Positions 1 to 12,201 of a stretch of 64,000 nt of DNA are shown in pieces. The DNA is taken from assembly GCA_963849325.1 (NCBI GenBank), contig CAWKHF010000011.1, forward strand, positions 1 through 64,000. Direction: 5' to 3'. The DNA is from an uncultured Planctomycetota bacterium. Its GTDB lineage: Bacteria > Planctomycetota > Planctomycetia > Gemmatales > Gemmataceae. Positions within the stretch are counted from its first letter, which is position 1; every line of letters starts with the position of its first letter. The position numbers and the translations under genes were made by a program. The notes below the pieces were generated by a model. The model saw only the letters and a program-made list of their open reading frames with translations. It did not search any database and had not been told where the DNA came from.

Positions 1-29
1 GGCTTCTCGTACGAGGCGGAATGAGAACG

Positions 30-75
30 GCCACTTGCGGCTTCGCGAACCGCCGCGCTCAGCCGCAAGAAGCGG
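30..75. repeat. Imperfect REP-like inverted repeat (CTTGCGGCT...AGCCGCAAG)
   Basis: Inverted repeat just past the stop of the first CDS; a related element lies at 9773-9808. Confidence 0.55.
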
Positions 76-83
76 TACCGGAT

Positions 84-1229
84 TCACTTCTTCATCTCGT
101 TTATGCGATCCGGACCCTGGATCTGGGCTAGCCGCGCCTGGGCCAGGTCGGCGTTGCGCGTGTTGGGGAACGTCTGCACGATGCGCTCCAGGTAGAAGAT
201 GGCCTGCTGCGGCTGGCCCTTCTTGAGCCAGGTCTCGGCCAGCGTCAGGTACAGCGTGCCCAGGCGCTCGCCCATCTGATCGCAGGCTTGCTTGGTCCAC
301 TCGGGGTTGGCCTTGATCTCGGCGGCCAGCTTGGCGGCCTCGGCGCCCTCGGGCAGATCGGAGTAGTTGGCACTGAGGTCGTCGCAGCGGTCCAGGCAGG
401 AGAGAAATTGCTGCTTGCGATAGTCGTCGCGGGCCTGGTCGAGCAGTTCGCGGGCGAGCGGCCGCGCCGTTGTCGTTGGGCACGACGCGGCTGGCCAGCG
501 TCACCAGCAGTTGACCGCCCTCGCGCGCCGCCTGGGTGCCGGGATAGACGCGCACCAGCTCCGCGACGGTCTCGACGGCCTGCGTCACCTTGCCGTTCTC
601 GACCAGCTGCCGGGCCTCGGCGCAGCGGCCGGCGGCCTGCTGTTCCAGGTCCTGGAGCAGTTGTTTGGCCTGGTTGCGTACCGGCCGGTCCTTGCTGTTC
701 TCGACGACGGACTTGAGCAGGGCGATGGCCCGCGGGTAGTCGGCGGCGGCCACGGCGCGAACGGCGTCTTGCAGGTCGCGGTTGACCGACGCGCCGGCGG
801 GCGGTCCGCCGAACAGCGCCGTCAGCCGTTCGGTCAGAGGCGCCGCCTCGATGAAGCCTTCCTGGTAGCCGAGGATCTTGCCCTCGGCGTTGGCGAAGAC
901 CAGGGTCGGGTAGTTCTGCACGCGCAGCGCTCGACCAGGCGGGCGTGCTGCTGGGCGTCGATTTTCAGCGGGATGCAGCGCTCGTTGAGCAGGGCGATGA
1001 CGGCCGGATCGTTGAAGGTGCGCAGGTCGAGCTGCTTGCAGCAGAAACAGTTCTCGGTGCCGACGTCGATGACCAGGGGCCGGTTCTTCTCGACGGCCTC
1101 CTGGCGGGCCTTGACGTAGTCCTGCCGCCACTCCACTTCCTGCGCCGCGGCGGGCGCTGCCCAGAGCGCGAGCAGCAGGCCGCAGGCGCAGCCCAGAGAC
1201 ATCCGGCGGAGAGAGATGCGAGTCGTCAT
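84..1229 (-). CDS. Secreted thioredoxin-like plus TPR/BamD-like protein (frameshifted)
   Basis: Signal peptide (LLLALWAAPAAA-Q), thioredoxin-like WRQDY..ARQEA..KNRPLVIDVGTENCFCCKQLD, C-terminal TPR-like LAETWLKKGQPQQAIFYLERIVQTFPNT; joined across ORFs 834-1271 and 84-275. Confidence 0.7.
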
Positions 1230-1263
1230 GCCTTGGCTCCATTCGGCATTGCGGCGTTCCCAG

Positions 1264-2161
1264 TCAGGCACGCGGGTGGGCCTTGTGGTAACTGTCGCGG
1301 AGGCGCTGGGTGGTCACGTGGGTGTAAATCTGGGTCGTGCCAGGCTGCGGTGGCCGAGCAATTCCTGGACGCTGCGGATGTCGGCGCCGGCGTCGAGCAG
1401 GTGGGTGGCGAAGCTGTGCCGCAGCGTGTGCGGGCTGGTGCGCGGGTCGAGGCCGGCCTGCGCCAGGTACTTCTCCAGCAGCCGGCCGACGCTGCGCGTG
1501 GTCAGCCGCGTGCCGTTCTTGTTGAGGAACAGGGCCGGCTGGCCCGCCGCGCGCGGCCCGGCCAGCGCTTTGCCGCAGCGGCAGCCAGCGCTCGATCGCC
1601 GCCACCGCCTGCGGACCCAGCAGGGCCAGCCGTTCCTTGCGTCCCTTGCCGCGCACCGTGGCCAGGCCGTCGTCCAGGTCCACGTCGTCCACGTCCAGGC
1701 CGGTCAGCTCGCTGACGCGCAGCCCGGCCGAGTACAGCGTTTCCAGGATGGCCCGGTCGCGCAGGCCCAGCGGCGTGTCGGCCGGCGGCGTCTCCAGCAG
1801 GCGCGCCATGTCCTCGCGCGAGACGAAGTGCGGCAGTTTCTTGTCCTGCGCGGCCCGCGCAGGCCCGTGCCGGGTTGGCCGCCAGCGTGCCTTGCCGGCA
1901 CAGGAAGCGGCACCAGGAGCGGACGGCGGCCAGGCGGCGGGCGATGGTGCTGCGGGCGTAGCCCTGCTCGTGCAGCCAGGCCAGGTAAGCGCGCAGCAGG
2001 CGCGTCGTCAGCTGCTCCGGCCGCGGCGTCTGGCCGGCCAGGCGCGTGCGGAAGAACTCCACGGCCTGCGTCAGGTCCTCGCGGTACGACTTGACCGTGT
2101 ACGCCGAGGCATTCTTCTCCAGGGCCAGGTGGCGCAGGAACTCGGCCAGGGCTTCTTCCAT
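1264..2161 (-). CDS. xerC: Tyrosine recombinase XerC (frameshifted)
   Basis: [67 protein letters not shown] in a shifted frame; TTQIYTHV. Confidence 0.9.
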
Positions 2162-2174
2162 GACAGGATCCCCC

Positions 2175-2400
2175 TCAAAAGCGGCGCGAACACCTCCGGC
2201 GGCGGCGGCGCGGCGCCGGCCGCCTGCTCGCGGGCCTTCTGCGTCAGCACGGCCGCGTCGAACCAGTTCAGGCTCAGCTCCGGGTCGGCCGCCTGGGCGC
2301 GGAACGTCTCCAGCAGGGGCGACGGCTGGCGTCGTCATAGACGTAGACGTAGCGCTCCTCGCCCTTGATCAAGCGCCAGGACGTTGAACTCCCGCCCCAC
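2175..2400 (-). CDS. Small hypothetical protein upstream of xerC (frameshifted)
   Basis: Reconstructed ...NVLA(L)[57 protein letters not shown] upstream of a GTG start. Confidence 0.6.
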
Positions 2401-2556
2401 GCACCACCTCCCCTCACGCCACGCGGTGGATCGTCGTGAGGTGTATCGTCGCCCCCGCTGGAGACGGCCGAATCAAAACCGTGTGTTTTTCGGCCGGGAC
2501 GGCGCTGCCGGCCGTCGTCGTCGTCAGCGGTCCTGCCGCCGGCGCGAACCTCCCGT

Positions 2557-3251
2557 TCAGACCAGATCGCGCAGACCGCGCAGACCCACTTCCTCGCGGC
2601 TGACAAACGGCTCGCCGTAGCCGGCACCGATGGCCCAGCCCCAGTAGCGGGCACGGTCGTGCAGATCGTCCAGCAGCGTCGGCGGCGTCGTCGGCCGGCC
2701 CTCGATGAACTGCGAGTGGTAGCAGGCCACGGCCCGCATCTTCGTCTCGAGGTACGGCGTGACGTCGAGGACGAACGACGGCCGCGGATGGATGCGCAGA
2801 TGAACACTAAAGTAATAGAGGATCTGTTTGGGATAGTGCGGCTCGCCCGGCAGGTCGGCGCGCGTGAGCTTGGCCCAGAAGCGGGCGGCATCGACCAGGG
2901 CGCTGGCGGCGACGTGGTCGGGGTGGGCGTCGTCCCAGTACGGGGCGAACAGGCAGCGCGGCCGCAGCTCGCGCAGGACGCCGGCCAGGCGGGCGCGGGC
3001 GTCGAGGTCGCCTCCAGGCGGCGGTTGACCAGGCCGAGGTTGCCGCGCCAGGCCAGGCCGAGCACGGCGGTGGCGGCGTCGGTCTCGCGGCGGCGGATCT
3101 CCGGGCTGCCGAACGGCGTCGGCTCGCCGTCGGTCAGGTCGAGGACGCCGACGCGGGCCCCCTGCGCTTGCAGCAGGGCGATGGTGCCGCCGACGCCCAG
3201 CTCGGCGTCGTCGGGGTGAGGGGCGATGACCAGGTAATCGAGCAGTGTCAT
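2557..3251 (-). CDS. bshB1: PIG-L family deacetylase, bacillithiol biosynthesis BshB1-like (frameshifted)
   Basis: [38 protein letters not shown] in a shifted frame, C-terminal CYHSQF...[17 protein letters not shown]. Confidence 0.8.
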
Positions 3252-3304
3252 AGGCTTGTCTCTCGAACGGATCAGGTGGAGCAAAGCGGACGGAGAGGAC
3301 GCGC

Positions 3305-3334
3305 TTGCTTTCGCGCAGCCGCGCCTCGTACTAT
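3305..3334 (+). promoter_or_regulatory. Putative sigma70 promoter TTGCTT-N18-TACTAT
   Basis: Consensus-like hexamers in the divergent intergenic region upstream of the HTH gene. Confidence 0.45.
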
Positions 3335-3449
3335 CCGAATAATTGTAGGATGGTATGGTCGATGGTTTCTCCACTGATGTCGTCCGCGTCGGTCGTTCGT
3401 CAAGTCCCGCACCTTCGGAATCGCCGGCCTTGCTCGCACTGAGGACGAT

Positions 3450-3841
3450 ATGGCCAAGAAACGCAAGTCACCCGCGAAAGCGCCACGCCGGCCGCCGGCG
3501 TCACGGCGGAGCGCTTCGTCCGTCTGTACCGCATGGTGCAACTGCTCTCGGGCGGCCCGCAAACCCGCGAAGGACTCGCCCGCCGTCTGAAACTGGACGT
3601 CCGGGGCTTCTACCGCGACCTGGATCTGCTGCGCTCGTCCGGCGTCGCCGTGACCCTGGAAGCGGGCCGCTACTCCCTGGACCAGGACGCCGCCGACGCC
3701 CTGGCTCGTCTGCCGTTTCCCGACCCGCACCTGACGCTCGGCGCGGCTCGGGCCTTGGCCAAGGGACGCAGCTCGGCCCATCGCGCCCTGGCGGAAACGA
3801 TCGCCCGCGTCGTGCCGCCCTCCCGTCGCGGTCCCGGATAA
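3450..3841 (+). CDS. Small winged-HTH (HTH_11-like) protein (frameshift near 5' end)
   Basis: GAGG RBS then [48 protein letters not shown] resembles the HTH of WYL/PafBC regulators. Confidence 0.65.
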
Positions 3842-3986
3842 CTTCGGTTAACAGGGTTTCCATTCCCTCCTTCCCTACTCTTACTCCGGTTTGCCCCGGA
3901 CCGACCGGGCCCATTCGGGACCATCTCTTGCAAGTCGCGCAAACAGAAGAGGTTGCGCTCGGACTGCGCCATCCGCCAGCGCGTCG

Positions 3987-4003
3987 GCGGCATGGCTTCT
4001 GCA
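3987..4003 (+). promoter_or_regulatory. Putative sigma54 -24/-12 promoter of the pilin gene
   Basis: GCGGCATGGCTTCTGCA: GG(3989-90)-N10-GC(4001-02), close to TGGCACG-N4-TTGCW. Confidence 0.5.
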
Positions 4004-4034
4004 AATTGCTCCGTCGAGGCGAGAGCTTCGATCA

Positions 4035-4083
4035 GAGCCTGAAGCGTAAGCGAAGGGGATCTCTTCGCTTACGCTTCAGGCTC
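4035..4083. repeat. REP doublet, family A (GAGCCTGAAGCGTAAGCGAAG plus inverse)
   Basis: 21-bp arm identical at 8473-8535, 28282-28356 and 30627-30679. Confidence 0.9.
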
Positions 4084-4099
4084 GGAAAGAGGGTTCCAG

Positions 4100-4312
4100 A
4101 TGAAACGGCTGAAGACCTTTTGGCGCGACGAGCGGGGTTGCCTGCCGGCGATGGAGTGGGTATTCGTGGCCAGCATCCTGACCCTGGGCGCCATCGCTGG
4201 ACTGCTGGCCCTGCAACACGCCGGGGAGCTACCCACTCTATCGAGAGTCCGGCGGCCCGGACGCGCTGAGCGGACGGCCTTGTCAGCCGAAGCGGGGCAC
4301 GCTCTAATCTAG
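4100..4312 (+). CDS. Flp/type IVb-like pilin
   Basis: [38 protein letters not shown]: basic leader, Gly cleavage site, Glu, then a hydrophobic helix; 70 aa. Confidence 0.65.
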   Translation: MKRLKTFWRDERGCLPAMEWVFVASILTLGAIAGLLALQHAGELPTLSRVRRPGRAERTALSAEAGHALI

Positions 4313-4346
4313 CGAACCGGCCGTTCGGCTGGACAAGGAGGTCCGC

Positions 4347-5114
4347 ATGAAAACCGCCATCGTCATCCCCGCCCGCTACGCCTCGACGCGCCTGCCCGGC
4401 AAGCCGCTGCTGCGCCAGACCGGCAAGTATCTCGTCCAGCACGTCTACGAGCGCGCCTGCCAGGCCAAGCGGCGCCGACCACGTCGTCGTCGCCACCGAC
4501 GACCCGCGCATCGTCTCGGCCGTCGAGAGCTTCGGCGGCCAGGTCGTTCGCACGCGCGCGCGACCACCCCAGCGGCACCGACCGCGTCGCCGAGGTCGCC
4601 GGCCAGCTCGACGCCGACCTGATCGTCAACCTCCAGGGCGACGAGCCGCTCATCGACCCGGCCGCCCTCGATCTGCTGTTCGACCTGCTGCTCGGGAGCA
4701 CGCCGACGCCGACATGGCGACGCTGGCGGCGCCGCTGCGCACGCGCGGAGCAGTGGCACAATCCCAACTGCGTCAAGGTCGTCTGCGACGCCAGCGGGCC
4801 AGCGCCTCTACTTCAGCCGCAGCCCCATCCCCTACGTCCGCGACGGCCAGCCCGACTTCGCCTGCGGCCGGCCGCGGTTCCTGCAGCACCTCGGCCTGTA
4901 CGCCTACCGCCGGCCGTTCCTGCTGCGCCTGGCCGCCCTGCCGCCCGAACCGCTGGAACAGACTGGAAAAACTGGAACAGCTCCGCGTCCTGGCCCTGGG
5001 CACCCCATCCAGGTCGGCGTCGTCGAGCAGAGCGGCTTCGGCGTCGATACCTACGAGGATTACGAGCGCTTCGTCCTCGCTCACCGGCACAGACGGACCG
5101 CGCGGGCCGCCTGA
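4347..5114 (+). CDS. kdsB: 3-deoxy-manno-octulosonate cytidylyltransferase (frameshifted)
   Basis: [62 protein letters not shown] across frames. Confidence 0.92.
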
Positions 5115-5139
5115 GGCATCTCCGGCCGGCCGACTGTGC

Positions 5140-6944
<1,805 letters not shown>

Positions 6945-6961
6945 GAGTCACACCCATTTTG

Positions 6962-7049
6962 GGCGAACGGCCGGCGTAAGCCGGCTGGTACGGGCCAAAC
7001 TCGCTGGCAGGTTTGGCCCGTACCAGCCGGCTTACGCCGGCCGTTCGCC
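6962..7049. repeat. Perfect 39-bp-stem REP-type hairpin after pyrG (possible terminator)
   Basis: GGCGAACGGCCGGCGTAAGCCGGCTGGTACGGGCCAAAC, a 10-nt loop, then the exact inverse followed by ATTTT. Confidence 0.85.
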
Positions 7050-7135
7050 ATTTTCGGTTGGGCGTCGTCCTCGGATTGTGCTAGAATGCCATCCTGCTCC
7101 GTGTTCGATCCCACCCCGCCGCCAGAGGCTCCGTC

Positions 7136-8468
7136 ATGTTGAATCTTGCTCCCACCCGCATGTGGACGTGTGAAGGCATTGATCGGCGTGCGTTTCTGAA
7201 AGTCGGAGCGCTCAGCGGTCTGGGTCTCTCACTGCCGGCCCTGTTCGCCGGCAAGCAGGCGCAGGCAGGGGAGCGCCGCAAGGCAGCGGAGGTCAACTGC
7301 ATCCTCATCTGGACGCGCGGGGGGACGAGCCATCACGATACCTTTGACCCCAAACCGGACGCGCCGGCCAGCGTGCGCGGCGAATTCAAGGTCATCGATA
7401 CCGCCGTGCCGGGCGTCAAGTTCACCGAGATCTTACCGCGGATGGCCCGCGAGCTGAAACGCTACGCTCTGCTCCGCAGCTGGAACCCCAAGAACGGCGG
7501 TCATGGCGTGGCCGATCAATACTGCCTGTCCGGCCATGCCGTCAACCCGGCCCTGATTTATCCCTGCTACGGCGCTATCGTCAGCCATCAAAAGGGTTTC
7601 AAAACGCGCCTGCCGCCGCATGTCCAGCTCGGCGATCAGGTCGATCGCATCAACGGCGGCGGCACGGCCGGCTATCTCGGCCTGGAGCACAATCCGTTCG
7701 AGATCCTGTCCGACCCCAACGTCGAGAAGTTCTCCGTCCGCGACATCACGCCGCCGCAGGGCATCGACACGGGCCGGTTGTCTCAGCGTCGCCGCATGTT
7801 GGACACCGTGGACGCCTTGCAGCGTTCGCTCGACGCCCAGCCGGCGGCGTTCGCGGCCCTCGATCAGCATTACCAGGCCGCGTTGAACCTCATCACCGCC
7901 CCCGAGACGAAACGCGCCTTCGAGATCGACAAGGAAGATGCTCGCCGCCGCGACCGCTTCGGCCGCACGCGCTTCGGACAAAGCTGCCTGCTGGCTCGGC
8001 GTCTCATCGAGGCGGGTGTCCGTTTCGTGACGGTCTCCGACGGCGGTTGGGACACGCACGCCAACAATTTCACCGCCCTCAAGAACTCGCGCATCCCGCC
8101 CCTCGATCAAGCCTTGCCCGAACTGCTGATCGACTTGGCAGGAGCGCGGCCTGCTGGCGACGACGCTGGTGGTATGGATGACGGACTTCGGTCGCACGCC
8201 GAAGATCAACTCGGCGAGCGGCCGCGATCACTGGGCCAGCGCCGGTTTCGCCATCCTGGCCGGCGCCGGCATTCCCGGCGGCGCGGTGCTCGGCCGTACC
8301 GACGAGGAAGGCGGTCGGCCGACGCACAACGAGTATTTCACCGAGGACATCGCCGCCACCATTTATACGAAGCTCGGCATTCCGCTCGATTTGATTACGC
8401 ACACGCCGGACGGCCGACCGATCCGCCTCAACGAGGGTCGGCCCATCCGCGAATGGGTTGCCTCGTAG
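7136..8468 (+). CDS. DUF1501 domain protein (frameshift near 8137)
   Basis: Tat-like RRAFLKVG, GGTSHHDTFDPKP, FGQSCLLARRLIEAGVRFV, WDTH, DFGRTPKIN, GRDHW. Confidence 0.92.
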
Positions 8469-8472
8469 TGCT

Positions 8473-8535
8473 TCTTTCGGAGCCTGAAGCGTAAGCGAAG
8501 AATATCCCTTCGCTTACGCTTCAGGCTCCGAAAGA
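8473..8535. repeat. REP doublet, family A
   Basis: Perfect 28-bp stem immediately after the DUF1501 stop. Confidence 0.9.
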
Positions 8536-8674
8536 TCGTCTCGGAACATCTCTCTCCTTCGCGCGCCTCGCGTTTCGTTCTCTGGAGCGCAAGTCGATCT
8601 TCCGGCGCGGAGGACAATTGCTAGAATACCTCACTTCCCGCTGAGCTTGTCCTTTCGGAAAGAGGAAGAGCCGC

Positions 8675-9773
8675 ATGACGTCGACCATCTCGTTTCATCC
8701 CGCCGCATCGACGCCCGAGGTCCCGCCGTCCTCCGCGCCGGGAGACCTACTCGCGCGCTATCAGAGCATCGTCAACGCCCAGAGCCTCGACTGGACGCGG
8801 CGCTACCGCAAACAACGTCTGCTCGGCCGCGGCGGACAGGGAGTTGTCTTCCTGGGCGAGCGGCAGGGGGCGGACCAGTTCACGCTGCCGGTGGCGCTGA
8901 AAGTCTTTTCGCCGGAGTCGTACCGCGACGCCGAGGCTTACGAGCGAGGACATGGGGCGCATCGCCCGTGTCGCCGCCCGCGTGGCCCTGATCCAGCACG
9001 ACAATCTGCTCGACATCCACGATTTCATCGACCGCGACGGCATGCGCATCATGGAGATGGAGTGGGTGGACGGTTACGACCTGCGCGAGGTGCTGACGCA
9101 GCGCATGCTCGACCGGACCCGCGAACAAGTCAGCACCCGCCACTGGGAGTACGTCAACAACGTCATCCTCACCGCCGGGCCGGTGCAGCCGCGCCTCAAG
9201 CCGGGCGTCGCCATCCAGGTGCTGCGCGAGTGCCTGGCCGGCCTGGCGGCGCTGCACCGCGAAGGCATCGTCCACGGCGATCTCAAGCCGTCGAACATCA
9301 TGCTCAAGCGGACGGGCAACGCCAAGGTCATCGACATCGGCTCGGCCATCGACGCCAACGCCGCCGCGGCGCGGCGCATGTGGTCGCCGGCCTACGCGGC
9401 GCCCGAAGTGCTCGAAGGCGGCGAAAACTCGCCGCAAGCGGACCTGGCGAGCCTCGGCTACGTGCTGATCGAGATGCTGGCCGGCCGGCCGCCCTTCGAG
9501 GGGTTGACCACTACCGCGAACTGATCGCGGCCAAGGCGGACCTGGATCGACGCTTGCCGGACATGCTGCCGCCGGAGGTGAGCTGCAACGAGCTGCTGCT
9601 GCACCTGTGCCGCGTCTGGTCGCCGCCGATCCGGCCCGACGTTTCCCCAGCGCCCAGGCCGCCGACCTGGACCGCAAGGGCAGCGGCGCGACTTCCACCG
9701 CCAACTCGTCAAGGGCGACCTGGCCAGCGAGTACGAGAACGACATCCGCGTGTGGCTGGAGCAACTCGGTTGA
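8675..9773 (+). CDS. Cytoplasmic Ser/Thr protein kinase (frameshifted)
   Basis: LGRGGQGVV, VALK, HGDLKPSN, DIG, SPAYAAPE, DLASLG. Confidence 0.88.
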
Positions 9774-9808
9774 GTCGCTTGCGGCTTCGCGCGAGGCCGC
9801 CAGCGGCT
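9773..9808. repeat. Short REP-like hairpin
   Basis: AGTCGCTTGCGGCTTCGC GCGAGGCCGCCAGCGGCT; shares CTTGCGGCTTCGCG with the element at 30-75. Confidence 0.5.
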
Positions 9809-9886
9809 ACTCCCTCGCCGCGCGTCGGGCGGCGGCCTACATTATCTCCGCACTTGTCCCCCTTTCGCTGTCCCGGAGATGCCACC

Positions 9887-11232
9887 ATGAACCGCCGTCA
9901 ATTTCTGCACGCCGGCGCCGCCGGCCTGGCCCTGTCGCACGCCGCCTGCGTACGCCGCCTTCGCCGACCGCAAGCCGCCGCGCGTCGGCCTGATCGGCTG
10001 CGGCTGGTACGGCAAGGTCGATCTGCTCCGCCTCATCCAGGTCGCGCCCGTCGAGGTCGTCTCGCTGTGCGACGTGGACAAGAAGATGCTCGCCGAGGCC
10101 GCCGACATCGTCGCCGGCCGGCAGAAGTCGAAGAAGAAGCCGCGCACCTATCGGCGACTACCGCGACATGCTCAAGGAGAAGGACCTCGACATCGTGCTG
10201 GTCGCCACGCCGGACCACTGGCACGCCCTGCCGATGATCGCCGCCGTCGAGGCCGGCGCCGACGTCTGGGTGCAGAAGCCGATCAGCGTGGACGTGGTCG
10301 AGGGCCAGGCGATGGTCGCCGCCGCCCGCAAGCACAAGCGCGTCGTCCAGGTCGGCACCCAGCGGCGCAGCACGCCGCACCTCATCGAAGCGCGCGACCG
10401 CATCATCAAGGAAGGCAAGCTCGGCAAGATCGGCCTCGTCGAGATCTACTGCTACTACCACATGCGAGCCAGCAGCAATCCGCCGGACACGACGCCGCCG
10501 GCCAACCTCGATTACGAAATGTGGACCGGGCCGGCGCCGATGCGGCCGTACAACAAGCTGGTCCATCCGCGCAGCTGGCGGGCGTTCATGGAGTACGGCA
10601 ACGGCATCATCGGCGACATGTGCATCCACATGCTCGACATGGTGCGCTGGATGCTCGAGCCTGGGCTGGCCGAAACGCATCGCCTCGACCGGCGGCATCC
10701 TCGTGGACAAGAAGAGCAAGGCGAACATCTCCGATACGCAAACGGCCACATTCGACTTCGGCGACCTCGCCGGTGGTCTGGCAGCACCGCACCTGGGGAC
10801 AGGCCGACGATCCGAAGTATCCGTGGGGCGCGACGCTCTACGGCGACAAGGGCACGCTGAAGGTGGATGTCACAAGTACGACTTCACGCCGCTCGGCAGC
10901 GAGCAAGCCGACGCATCAAGGGCGACGTGATGTACGAGTACGACCAGTATCCCGAGGACAAGACGGAGAAGGACCTGGAGCAGCACGTCGCCTCCGCCAT
11001 TCGCGGCCACATGCGGGATTTCCTGCGGGCCATCGCCGCGCGCGGCAAGCCGGTGGCCGACATCGAGCAGGGCCACATCTCGACGGCGAGCTGCATCCTG
11101 GCGAACCTGTCGATGAAGCTGGGCCGCTCGCTGACGTGGGACGCGGACAAGCAGCAGGTCGTCGGCGACGACGAGGCGAACAAGCTGCTGCGCCGGCCGT
11201 ACCGCAAGCCGTGGGTCCATCCGGAAGTTTAG
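9887..11232 (+). CDS. Tat-exported Gfo/Idh/MocA family oxidoreductase (frameshifted)
   Basis: MNRRQFL Tat motif, GLIGCGWYG, VATPDHWH, QKP, VQVGTQRRS, DMCIH, C-terminal ANKLLRRPYRKPW. Confidence 0.9.
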
Positions 11233-11310
11233 CCGCGGCGCACGGCGGAGCGCGTTCGCGCTCCGCTGCGTCGCATAACCCAAGGGACCGAGCCGAAGGG
11301 AGGTTGCACG

Positions 11311-11610
11311 ATGAAGACCATCACGGGGACCGTCCGCAACGGCCAAATCGTCGCGGACCAGCCGGTCAACTGGCCCGACGGTTGCCGGGTGGTCATCGAA
11401 CCCGCGCCGGAGGAGAAGACGCTCGGTATCCGCGAAGAGGACTGGCCAACGACGCCGGAAGCCCTGGCCGACTGGATCGCTTGGTTCGATTCCCTTGAGC
11501 CTGTAGAGTTGACGCCGGAGGAAGAAGCCGACTGGAAAGCCTGGCGGCTCCAAATCAAGGAGTACACGATCGCCAACAGGGACAAAGACATTGAAGGTTT
11601 GTCTCCATGA
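11311..11610 (+). CDS. Putative antitoxin (acidic, upstream of PIN toxin)
   Basis: GGAGG RBS; MKTITGTVRNGQIV...WPDGCRVVI N-terminus; acidic C-terminus; ATGA overlap with the PIN gene. Confidence 0.7.
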   Translation: MKTITGTVRNGQIVADQPVNWPDGCRVVIEPAPEEKTLGIREEDWPTTPEALADWIAWFDSLEPVELTPEEEADWKAWRLQIKEYTIANRDKDIEGLSP

Positions 11611-12013
11611 GGCGTTATCTCTTGGATACTGGAATCGCCGGCCACTTGATCGTCAAACGACAGGGAGTCGATGGACGTGTGCGCCAAGCCGTCCTCCAGG
11701 GCGATCGCGTCGGCATTTGCCTTCCCGTCCTGGGCGAGTTGTGGGCGGGGATGCAACTGAGCGCCAGTCGGGACCGAAACATCCAGCGCATGAAACATGC
11801 CTTGGCCAAGCTTCGCGTTTGGCCCTTCGACCGGAATGCGGCGGAGGAATACGGCGCATCTTCGCCGAACTCAAACGTCGCGGTCGTCCCATGCAGCAGA
11901 TCGACATTCAGATCGCCGCCATCGCTTTCAGCCTGGGCAACTGCACCGTCATCAGCGGCGACAGCGACTTGGCCGCCGTGCCGGGGCTGAGCGTGGAGAA
12001 TTGGGCCAGCTGA
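11607..12013 (+). CDS. vapC: VapC-family PIN domain toxin (frameshift near 11856)
   Basis: YLLDT, VLGEL..G, AAEEY, D..IAAIA, SGDSDL..VPGLSVENW. Confidence 0.88.
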
Positions 12014-12125
12014 ATCGCAACAGGATTGCGCTGGTGGGACGGCTCATTCCGTGTTGGAGGACGATCGCGCCTTGGGGTCTTCGGGGCGGGCGTCCCTCAT
12101 TTTGCTCTCCGTCATTTCTCTCTTC

Positions 12126-12153
12126 TTGCATCCGGCTTGTTCTCTGCGATAAT
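12126..12153 (+). promoter_or_regulatory. Putative sigma70 promoter TTGCAT-N16-GATAAT (extended -10)
   Basis: Lies about 50 nt upstream of the kinase-LRR start. Confidence 0.45.
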
Positions 12154-12201
12154 CGACGACGTTGTTCCCACGTCCGCGTTGTGCTGTCTTCGGGGGTCGC
12201 C

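Noticed and set aside
1264-2161. Tyrosine recombinase as a phage or integron integrase
   Set aside because: XerC-like length and motifs in a housekeeping context, with no att/attC sites, tRNA or phage genes
3355-3390. Fluoride-riboswitch-like GATGG...CTGATG
   Set aside because: The P1 pairing and spacing do not fit, and the downstream gene is not fluoride related
11265-11295. dif-like CGCATAA half-site
   Set aside because: No XerD arm (TTATGTTAAAT-like) at the right spacing; it is part of a hairpin after the oxidoreductase gene
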